The position numbers and the translations under genes were made by a program. The notes beneath the pieces are model-generated. The model did no database searches and was not told the DNA's origin. It saw only the letters and a list, made by a program, of their open reading frames with translations. 64,000 bases of DNA from Epiperipatus broadwayi. Its lineage: Eukaryota; Animalia; Onychophora. Shown here in pieces: positions 42,501-54,500 of the stretch (position 1 is the first letter of the stretch; every line of letters starts with the position of its first letter). The DNA is taken from NCBI GenBank assembly GCA_028023455.1, contig JAQFVV010000005.1, forward strand, positions 23,064,001-23,128,000, read 5' to 3'.

Positions 42501-45500
42501 GAGATTGTAAAAGACCCAGAAAGAGGCCACATGTGAGATGGATGGATGAAATAAGAAAATGTGCAGGGGTGTTGTGGAGAAGAGAAGCTAAAGATCGGAG
42601 AAGATGGATTAAACTTGGAGAGACCTTCATCCTGCAGTGGATTGATAATGGTTGATGATGATTTCCTTACAAAAAATAAATAATACTAGTGTCAATGGCT
42701 GACTTATTACTGTTATAGAAGGGTTTGGCATTGTGGTGTTCATGGATATCAAGGTACCCACCAAGATTTATTAGACTGCTGTCACTAACTGCTAATCCAG
42801 CATATCATGTTATGAATCAATTTTTTCAAGGTATATTTAGTTAGTTGCTTTTGTTTCCATCACATTAACAATCAATTTTTTTTTTTTCATTCTTTTGTTG
42901 AAGTTATAGATATTTAGTTATTTATAGGCTGTATTTGAAAGTATTGTTATATTTGGAATTGGAGATTATAAAATCTGTTATAATTTAAGAACATATCATA
43001 GTGATGGAAGCATTCAGTTAATGAAAGTAGCTATTCTTTAATAAGAAAATGTGCACTTACATATTCTTGTGAAGCTGTTTTTTTTTTTTTCAGATATGAA
43101 ATATTTAAATTCCAAATATTCAGTCTCATTTAAACCATTGCTTAACAACTAGAAAATTAAACTACTTGTCAGATTATAATTAAGTTAGCGAAAATAATCT
43201 ATGTCAAATGACTGAGTGTGGATATTTTATGTGCTTAAAGTTGCATAAGTAGAACACATGAAATTCACAACTCTTCATTGTGCAAAATTAAAATAAAGAG
43301 CATTTTGGCATATACCTGCCACTTGGGAAGCTCTTCTCAATATAAAGATTGACAAACCCTGCAGTAATGCAGTCACTATACTAATAATCTTCCTCATAAC
43401 CCTCATACACTTTTACATTGAACAAATTTTGTCCATTTTCAATTCTTCCAGTCTACATCTTATCCATTTCTATATAACAACCCATTTCAGTATCCAAAAA
43501 GTCACTTAATTATTTGAAATTCCTTCAGTAGACATTTCTCAGACAATTCTATCTTTCTCTTAAAATGCTTTCACTTTCTATCTATGTATATATATTTTTT
43601 CTTTAAAATATAAGCAAAAATTTTGTAAACTACTAATGTTTCCTCCATCAGTTCATAATTATTTTTTTATTTTTATATAAAAAAAGCAAATCTAATTCTT
43701 ATAGACCTCTTTTATTCTTTGACTAGAAAAATTAATACAATAATATCATTATATAATTTTTTTTAGGTTGCTCATTATGTTTCTCACCCAGTCAGTATAT
43801 ACTATTGGTGGTATAGTTCTGTAATATCCACATCTTAAGACTGGTTTTTGCTTTGTTAGAGATGGCTTAAAATTCAAAACTGGAATTAATGAACTTATGC
43901 ATTTAACTGCCAAATTTTATTCCATTATATTATTTAATATAATACTCTGAAATTTAAAAACCATTAAGATTTTGAACCCACTTACTTAGCTATATAAATC
44001 TGACACTGGGCCAGTTTTTTTTATGTTGCAATGACTTCAGTTATGTACCAACTACAAACTTTTTTACCTTTTGGCTAGGAAGGTTAATATCATAAAAAAA
44101 TCACATGATATTTTCACATTACTCATATGCTTCCTATAGATTCTCCTCATCCTATTCTAGAGCCATTGATCATAAGCCTGATTAATTAATAGAAACCAGA
44201 TATTATAAAACTAAAATATCCAAATACTCAGATTGTTTTGCATAAGAGTAAATTGGGAAGGTCGTGTGATATTGTCGGTAATAACTTTTCTAGCCAAATG
44301 ATAGAAGAGGCCTATAATTGATAAAACCAATGTCACTAAAATGCATATAAATTAATCTAATGTTGTCGTGGATTTAAAACCTAACATTTTTTTAAAAATT
44401 TTAGATATATTAGAATTGAATAATCTAAAGATATAAAAGGCAACTGCTAGATGCGTAAAATCATCAACTCTAGATTTGAGTCCTAAGTTCTCACTGATGA
44501 AAAGCTAGAACTTTATTTGATGTTATGAATAATATGGCTCTTATCCATTTATAATTCAGGCTTTCAATCATCACTTTAAAGTATGGTGAGGAGTAACTAA
44601 AAAAGTCACATGTTTTAATACAAGTCTGGGTTATCACAATTTTTTATGACAACTATCATTTGTCTGCATTAACTGTTACGATGGGATTTGTGAGTTTTGT
44701 GCACTCATATTTTCAGCCTCTAGTTTAAGAAAAGTTATTCTGATTCCAATCTTTGTATCGCTAGCTTTTTTTTTTTTTTTTTTTACGTATTTAGAATGAC
44801 CATGCTTCTGTATTTATCTGTACTGATATTTTAAAACAAAGCCTTTATCTATAATTGTCATATACAGGGGCAGTAATAATATGAACTAGGAATTTGATTT
44901 CTCTGGCGTACCAGATGCACTTGGTTGCATTAAGTCTTGCTCTAAATCTTTCTAGATTTCTGCACACTGTGTTAATGCATTTTCTGAGCTCATTTCATGT
45001 TTCTGAAGTTATCAGAATGTTGTCGAAATATGGTATAATGCTTTCTATCCCTCCAAAAGACATCTATCTTTGTGTGGAAGACATTCGGGCTCTTGTTATT
45101 CTGTAAGGCAGTTTGTTATACTTAAATAATTCCAAGTATGTATTGATAGTTATAAACTTGACTGTTTTAGTGGTAATTGAAATCTGGTGAAATGCAGACT
45201 GCAAATCTGTTTTAGCAAAATAGCGTAATGAAGCTAAAACCTCCCAAACACTAGGTACCGAGTAAGCCCCTTTATTTATATTTATAATTATATGATAGTT
45301 GCCACATAATTGAACCATCCCATGAGATTTTAGAATCACAACAATGAGTGTCATCCAAGTTGACTCTTTAATATGTGAAATTATGTCTCTTTTAACTAAA
45401 TCTTTAGTGTTTCTTCACTTTATGTTTTAGAGCAGACAGCACTTTTCTTGATTTGCATATAACAGGCTGAGCACTATGAATTAACTCTATATCAACCAAT

Positions 45501-48500
45501 TGCATCTTCAGCTCTTCTGGATCCTACTGAAATATCTGTGGAAACTTTTCTCAGACTGCGGATTCCAGCTGAACTCTCTTTATAATTTTAATTCTAATTC
45601 CAAGAGGTTTGACCAGTTATGGCCTAGGATTTGTTTTATATCCCTTATTGACATCTACTGGCACTGTTACAATCCCTTTTATATCAATCCGGTTTCCATT
45701 CACATCTGTCGTCACTAAATCCATTGATATTTTCTTGTGATAATAGTTATCCAATTACTCACACACCTTTGCTCTGCTATCGTTTTTTATTTTGATTTTT
45801 TGTTCACAAATTTTCACACCCAATAAATTACCATCATAGTCATTATTTTATTAATATTAGTTATACTTCTACTGACCTCTCCTCTCGATTTACATTTGGG
45901 ACATAAATTGTCTTTTTTTTTTATCTTTTTCTAACAAACTCACGATAAATGTCGTTTGAGTCCTCAAGTATGGCATTTTTCATTTTTAAATTTACACGAT
46001 TTTTAATGTGCTCATTAGTATCACAACAATAGCATTTGTAATCTTCATCTGTTCTCCGATTTGTAGATTTCTTAAATTTAACTTTATTTTGAAATTCTAT
46101 CACGTTTTCTAGGACTAGCTTTATAAAATATTTCTTTTGCAGTAGCACTGGTATATGTTATTGTAGACTCACTAAATAGTATTTGTCTGAGATTACTATC
46201 ACACAAACTCCATACCAATTGAACTAGAAGCATGATTTTGTATTCAGCTTTGAGGTCACATTCCTTTGTGCCCTTACGTAATATTTTCATGTGGTAACTT
46301 AAATCTCTTCCTAAAGCATAGATGTGCCATGTCTTGATGTAATTGGTTTGAGGGTATGTTTAACTTCTCTACCAATTCTTCATATGGAACATCCTCGGGA
46401 GCTTTTGGGTCACAAAGACAGTTGCCTATTTGCAGTGTCTTTGCCTGCCATCCACATCAATGTTGCGACTTTTAATTTGTTATCCACAATATTGTTAATC
46501 ATCATATATCTCTCAACATGGGCACACATATCTGCCCTCTCTTATCATCAAACTGAGTTATAAAGCTATTTTGCAATATTATATTACTTTTTATTATAAA
46601 TTTCACATTAAGCTGCTATGATTCACCAGATCTCATGAACTGTAAATTGCTTCAATCTGCCACTTTTTGTAAGTTTTTTCATCTGTTGATCAGTACCATA
46701 TACAGAGGCAATATTGATATTAATCATTTGTGTGTATATCAATAATTTATTATGGAACAAATTACACGAATCAAAGAATAAACTTAACAACTAGAGTTTA
46801 TTTTGTATATATTCTATAAGTATAAAATATTAATAAGTAATTCAACTAGTTTTCTTGCTGGTTGTTATAATAAACACACATGTACTTGAAATTAGAGAAT
46901 CTTTTTGTATGTTGTCATTGCTGTAGTAAACTATATACTTCACTGGACTATTCTTTGCATGTACTGCTTTTCACATTTTGCACATTCTACTGTACAATTT
47001 CTGTACTTCACAGTAATGCACTGCTTCTGCCATATATACATGCAGCTATATAATTTGCATGATCGTTTCAAATTTGCATACGTTTGCAAATTAGCAAGCT
47101 TTTATTAATCTGCATATTGGCATAATTTAATTTTTTGGAGTGCAGTTTATTTCCTTCCTGTCTGACCAACATACAGGCACACATGCATAAAGATTTTATT
47201 AATAGCTTTACAAATATAGGGACAAATTTAATAGGACATGACAATAATAGAAATATACAGAAATATTCGTAAATGGAGTCAATGATTACTTGATTCCATT
47301 ATTCTACTTCTCCCCTTATGCAGGCAGACAAGCCATATCTAAAATTAGTCTAATGGTTTCTAGATGGAAATAATAATATATTCACTTTCATGATCAGTTT
47401 ATTATTAATCTTCATTCCAGCAAATCACATTTCTGCAGTACATTATCCAAGTTACGTTATCTAGATCAGTCTATAAAATTGGTCAATGTAGCAGCAACAA
47501 TGTAACAAACAGCCAGTGTCAGAGGCAGGGCAGTCATAAATATCAGGTCAATAAACTTGATCTGGATAACACTGATTTTGGGTAAATTAATTATTGAGGC
47601 AAGCTTAAAACAAGTCTATTATTGTGTGTATGTTTTTTAGCATTCACAGTTTAAAGAAAGTCTTTTCTTGCATGGAAATTCTTTAGCAGCATATTATGAT
47701 TTATTTTATGAATTATTGGTGATTTGGTTTGGTGGATTCTTTCATCACTTAAGTGAAAATAATTTTTCAAGTTATTAACTGAAAATTCAGACTAATTTCC
47801 CTGAATAGAAATATAGGTTTGATATGGCAGAAATTATAAGCTTTACTACCTTCAGTTATATACTTTCTCCAAGCGTCTTTTATTTGTTGGGAAAAGAATG
47901 CCGTATAACAATACTAATAATTGTAAGTCTAAGGTATAGTGTTGAGTGGTCTATACAGTGGTTTTATCATTTGGTTCTGTAATGAAGATCAGGTAATATT
48001 GTCATCCAATATAAATTTTGACAGTAGATATCATGATTAGAATACTTAATTAAACAAATAATATTATATGATTTTTTCATAGTGTAATGGTTGGAGGTTT
48101 CTCCACATCTACCTTTTTGCCCCCAAATTATTTTTTATATATTTTGAAATCTTTATTGATCTTATGCTTACTTTTGATCCTAATAGCTTTTAAATATAGA
48201 ATTGGATTGGTCTAATTGATTTGCTTAACAGATGTATTCTCATATATTTATTAATTATTTATAAAAACTGTTTCTACAATCCTTTGATCATACTCAAGCA
48301 GAGAGATAGATTAATTCAATTCTGTCTATGATCAGACTGAGACTCCATGAACATACAAATCTTGATCATTTTCCCTGATCACAGCTCCCCTCCATAGCTG
48401 CTGGGACTGCGCCAATCCTCCAAAGGCAATTTATTTTTTTAGAGATAAATTGCAGAGGTCATCAGCCATATAAACTTTATATAGTTGGAATTCCCAGACG

Positions 48501-51500
48501 AAAGGTGTAGCAGAACCCAACGCTTGGAAAATAACCCAGACTAGCTCTAATCCGAAGAGACTGGGTGACCCAGTGCATATATCAAGAACACATATCAAAC
48601 TTGCTCAATTTTTTTTTTTAATCATGGTAATACTGGCAGAGGAAAGAGAATAGACCAAGTAATCTTTAGGAAATACTTTTTATTCCTATACAAGTACACA
48701 GGTATGTTAATATTTCCATTACACATATATTTACCATCAAAACAAAACAAAACAATGGTTAAAACACCTGTAGAGGTCCTTACTATTGCATTTTTACACG
48801 CATATTATCGAAGTTATAGCCTCTGTAAATATTACTTACGTAATCAATGTGCGTTTAATAAATTTATAATTAAAACAATGATTAATAAACAAAAATCAAT
48901 ATGGGTTAGTAAGATCTAATTTATCACACACTTCTTCAATTATGTAATTCTAACATTAGTAATCTCAATAGTCCTTCCTTCATATTAGTTCATTTATATT
49001 TCTTAGCAGTGCATGGTGTTATTTAGTTGATTATTACTTTTACAGTCCATTGTATATTTTCTTAATAAACTGCAGTCTTCTGTTTCTTGGTCTCCTCTCA
49101 GACTGTCTAAGGTGACTTTCAAAAATAACTCTGCTAAACTCACACTCTGTACAAATTGTAAGACATACTCCGAGCAATTGTCTCCAGCAGATTAACGGAT
49201 TTTATTCCCTCCTAACTTGCACACACACACACAAAAATTAAACTCTTAAACTATCAAGGCTGCCATTTTTATAGATTTCCCTCCCTCCTATTGTTCACTT
49301 TTATCCATTTTTACTTTTGTTGATTTTTTTTTTTTTAATTAAATGATTAATTAATCTACTATTTATTGGCCAGGAATTTTCCAAAATTTAATTACATTTC
49401 TGCTGATGTGATAGTTTACAAAGATTATTTGTCATTAATTATTTTATTTTTCTCTTTCTAATTTGAATCACATTTTATTTCCATTTACTTCAATCACCAT
49501 TATTTCAATTTATATTATGTTTTGACATTATATTCTATTTTTTTTCTTTCTACAACATTGATTCTTTCTTTCTATTATTAAAGATAAAAAGAAGAGATCA
49601 GGTTCTGAATCTTAATTTAAATTTTTAAATCAGATTTTCTTTTTCTAACCCTTGCAATTCAATTAATAAAACTCTATTAGTTTTCTTCCCTTATTTTATC
49701 TTATCGATCTACTTGCTACTTTAGTTTATATTACTGTATTTTAAGTATAAATATGATTTATGCTTTACTTCTTAAATTCTTCTCTTTCATTTATTTATCT
49801 TTTTTTCCCATTTCAACGATCTATAAATAATTACACGTAACGCATATATACATATATGTGAATGTTACACTATATATATATGTTATATATAGAGCTCGCA
49901 AATAAGCTCTTAACAAGTTTTTCGGAACATCCCCAACCCCAGACCAGTTTCTGCTACTGGCTTTCTCAGTGAGGTGATAGGATATTCAAGCTTGTTAAAA
50001 GCTTATTTGTGAGCTCTATATATAACATTTGTAATACAAACTTGTTAAATTAGGTCATGTGACATATGACTTGATTTCTTTGTAATATACATATATTTAT
50101 TATATATATATATATGAGAGCTCTACAATATGCTTCCAAGAGCAATTCACATCATCCTAGTCTAGATCAATTAATGGACATCAAATGGTATTACTATTAT
50201 ATCACCATCCTCTGACTGGTTACTAGTTTTTGCCTTCATTAGTAAGACCAAAATTTAAAGCTGAAACTAATTCATTTATGCCAAATTTTCAAGAATGCAG
50301 ACCTTTAGCTATTATATTTCAATCAATGTTTGAGCATCACATAATCACAGATTACATTCACTTTGCATTAAACAGGGGAGATTTCTGATCTCATTCTAAA
50401 AAAACAAAAACCATTGTAGAGGAATGGTTATTCTAGTCTAATTCTCAATGATCTTTGTTATAAGTTTTTATATCTTTCTTATTTTCCCTCTAGCTGTGAA
50501 TATGTAAACACTTTCTTATTTAAAAAAGGCAAAACTCACTATATATATTAACACACACAGCAAGCTAGTGTAATCAATGGATGCCAGAAGGCTTGTGCAT
50601 AAAATCCCCATCTAGTGCCTACTCATCCAATATCCCCAGACTAGTTTCTGGCTTATAGCCTTCATCAGTGAGGAGCCTTGGATCTGAGAACACTGCATCT
50701 AGATCTTAGGATCTAATGCAACCCTCCAGCAACCACCTTTTATCTCCATTTAACTACAAAACTATGAGTCTTAAATTGAAAACACCCTAATGTCTTCAAT
50801 CCAAGTCCAATAGCTTATATAGTCATATAGGTCTGAACTAAGTTCAGTACCCATACATTTTTGTGTCTTTGGTTCTTTAATAACCATAGCCACCACTATC
50901 CTATTAGGCAGGATCAATTGATTACTTTAGCTTGCTGTGTGTGGCAATATATATAGTGAGTTTTGCCTGTTTTAACAACAGTTATACACAAGCATAAAAG
51001 GAGGTAGTCATGTAATGTTTATTGGCTTAAAACCAATCCTGCCTAATAGGATAGTGGTGGCTATGGTTATTAAAGAACCAAAGACTCCAAAATGTATGGG
51101 TACTGAACTGGGTTCAGACCTATATGACTATATAAACTATTGGGCTTGGATTGAAGATATTAAGGTGTTTTCAATTTAAGTCTCATAGTTTTGTAGTTAA
51201 ATGGAGATAAAAGGTGATTGCTGGCGGGTTGCATTAGATCCTAAGATCTAGATGCAGTGCTCTCAGATCCAAGGCTTCTCATTGATGAAGGCCATAAGCC
51301 AGAAACTAGTCTGGGGATATTGGATGAGTAGGCACTAGTTGGGGATTTTATGCACAAGCCTTCTGGCATCCATTGATTATTCTAGCTTGCTGTGTGTGGC
51401 AATATATATAGTGAGTTTTGCCTGTTTTAACAACAGTTATACACAAGCATAAGAGGAGGTAGTCATGCGATGTTTATAGACTTTCTTATTAATAATTGAT

Positions 51501-54500
51501 ATCTATATGGATTATCTATTCAATAAATAAACTATCTTAAAAAAATTTAAGCTTTACGGAAATTCTCACAACATGAAAAAAAAAAAATCTGTTTTTGAGT
51601 TTGAAACACAGATCTTGGACATACATAGCAGATTGTTACAATAATAGCTACATCTTGAGAGCCTTCACTGCAATATATTCATATGCTTTTTATTCTGTAT
51701 TTTTGGTAATGGTTTTTTTTGCAATATTCTTTTACTGATATTCTGCTTTGATTAATATGTACTAACAATGACAAGCCCTGTATTCTATTGGCCAAATATT
51801 ATGGGTTATATAAAACAATGGGCACTAGATGGCTATGAGACAAACTTTCAAGACCAATTGTTGTTTAAATTGGCCTTATTTATGTTTATATGGTACTGGT
51901 GCTTTGATTTTTCTAATCATCGTCTGTTTGATTGCTATTTCGTTCTATTGCCTTATCCACTGTTATATAGTTGCCTAAAGTTAAAGTAGAGGTCACTGCT
52001 ATATCTTACTGAATAAGTATATAGAAGTAAAGGGAATATTGGGTGCGAGTTAATTTATGGTAATAGCGAGGAAAGTAGTTTACTGTTTAAGGCTTGAACA
52101 GGATCTTAGGCAACAAAGGAATATACACATAAGTGGAAAAATGTGGTGATTTAGTCTGCAAGTTGTGTAAGAAAGGCATAGAAAATATTAAGCATCTGTT
52201 AATTGTATGTAAATGTCTGAAAGCAGAAAGGGTACAAAGGGGTACAAATAATGAAGCTATAGAAGAATAAATATAAACAAAGTGATTATACAGAAAGTGA
52301 GTTATTGGTTTTTATGCTGGGTTTGGGAAAAGATAAGGGGGATGTAGATATAAAGGCTATGGAGTTGACAAAGATTGTGTTGTGGAAATGGGATGGAGCA
52401 GGATAGAGAAGAATAAGGGAAAACTTAGGGCAGGGAATGGAAAGAGAAGATACCATGGTTAACAGGTTTCTCTGAGCGTAATGGCTAAGAGATTCCTGAC
52501 TCCATTTAAGGAGAAGTCACAATGCATCACATCAAAGAGATGGGAATTAAATTTAGTGAAGAAATATCAAAAATAATGATGATTAATACTGGGGAAAGAG
52601 AAGAGATAGAATTGTATTGAGGAATATAAAGTTAAGTGTGGTAAATGTGTATAATTATTTGGGAATCATCTTAAATAGTCAGACAAATTGCTTGGATAAA
52701 TGGGAGAAAAAATTGATAAATGAAGCAAAGAAAAGAAAGGGACTAATAAAGAAATTAGTAGTGTTTTCATATAATAAATATGATGTAACTAGGATTATAT
52801 GGAAGGGAGTGGCAATAGCAGGGTTAATATATGGAAACGATGTGTTATGTGTTAGTAAAGAGGTGTTAGATTACTTAGAAAAAGTACAAAGTAGATGGCA
52901 AAGGAGGCAATTCAAGGAGAAATGAGATGGTCAAGTTTTTATAAGAACGATGCAAAAAGTAAAATGAAAATTTTTGATAGATTGGATAATAAGAGAATAG
53001 CCAAAATAGTATTTAATTGAGTTATGAGTAATAAAGGGCAGGCAACAAGATGTGTGAGAAAGGTAGTAAGGTATGCAGAAGATTTAGATAAAGAATTTAT
53101 GTCATTATACTTATACAAAAGGTGAGATGATTGTCTTAGGAGAATTGTTGAGTATTATAGTGGCAAGGAATGGGATAGAAGAATAGATGCATTAATAAAA
53201 AAATAGGGAGATGGAGAACTAGTATGGAAAGAAAAAGAGTTTAAATATACATAGAAGTAAGCAGAATATTGGGTGCGGATTAATTTATATTAATAGCAAG
53301 GAAAGTAGTTTACTGTTTAAGGCTCAAACAGGATTTTTAGCAACAAGGGAATATACACATAAATGAAAAAATGTGAGTGATTTAGTCTGCAAGTTATGTA
53401 AGGAAGGCATAGAAAATATTAGGCATCTGTTAATTGAATGTAAATGCCTGCAATCAGAAATGGTACAAATAATAAAGTTGTGAAATAATAATATAAACAA
53501 AGTTTATTATAATAATCAATAAAGCAAGTCATATTATAATGTGACATTGCTTTTAAAAACTTGTATTTACAAATATGTAATATAGTGAGCGTGCCAATAG
53601 CTCAAACAAGCTCGTGCCATAAGAGAAAATATTTAAAATCTCTATCTAGAATATTTTTATTCCTAGACCAATTTGTTTCGAGCTTATGGCTCCCCTCAGT
53701 CAGGAGCTAGAACATTCAGATACTAGATCTAAAATATCAATTCACAACCCAGCACTTATTTAATACATAACTATTGAGAAGAAAATCCAAAATTTTCAGA
53801 CACAAAAATGTTGTCACATCCAGCTGTCTAACTCAAATAGCTATATGAGAGTGAACCAAATTCAGATAAGCTCAAAACCAATTGTTCTGGGAATAAGAAT
53901 ATTCTAGATAGAGCTTTTTAATATTTTCTCTTATCACACTTATTAAATAAGAACTTGTTTGAGCTATTGGTATGCTGCCTATATTATATATTTGTAAATA
54001 CAAGTTTTTAAAAGCAATAACACGTTACATATAACTTGCTTTATTGATTATTATAACAAGGTATTTATTTATATAGTGCTATGTTAATAAATTGTAATTG
54101 TAAATTAGTGATCAGGCTAATGCACATGCGCTTTACAGATTTTACTATATATAAATGAATACTCTCATTTTGTCTTTATGAAAAGATAGAATGAATCCCT
54201 CTATCTCTTCAACGTTTAAGTATGGGCCAATCTTAAGTGTTTGGATATGAGAGCATGAAGATATTAAGCAGTCACTTTAAATTATTTTATTATGTTTGAA
54301 TGAATGACGCTTGTGAAATTATTTAAAATTTACAATACGTCATTCTTAGTTGAAGTTAAACATATATATATAATAAGGTATTTATTTATATATTGCTATG
54401 TTAATAAATTGTAATTGTAAATTAGCAATCAGGCTAATGCACATGCACTTTACAGATTTTAAACTATACGTAAATGAATACTCTCACTCTCAGACACAAG

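Larger units (their letters stand above)
39416..42661 (+). mobile_element. Near-full-length RTE-clade LINE (single APE+RT ORF, now frameshifted), (TGA)n tail
   Basis: ORFs 39824-41956 (TYNCRSL, GFCEVRR, QVYAPT, GDFNA, GSDH; [22 protein letters not shown]) and 41960-42655 ([20 protein letters not shown]); short 3' end. Confidence 0.95.
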
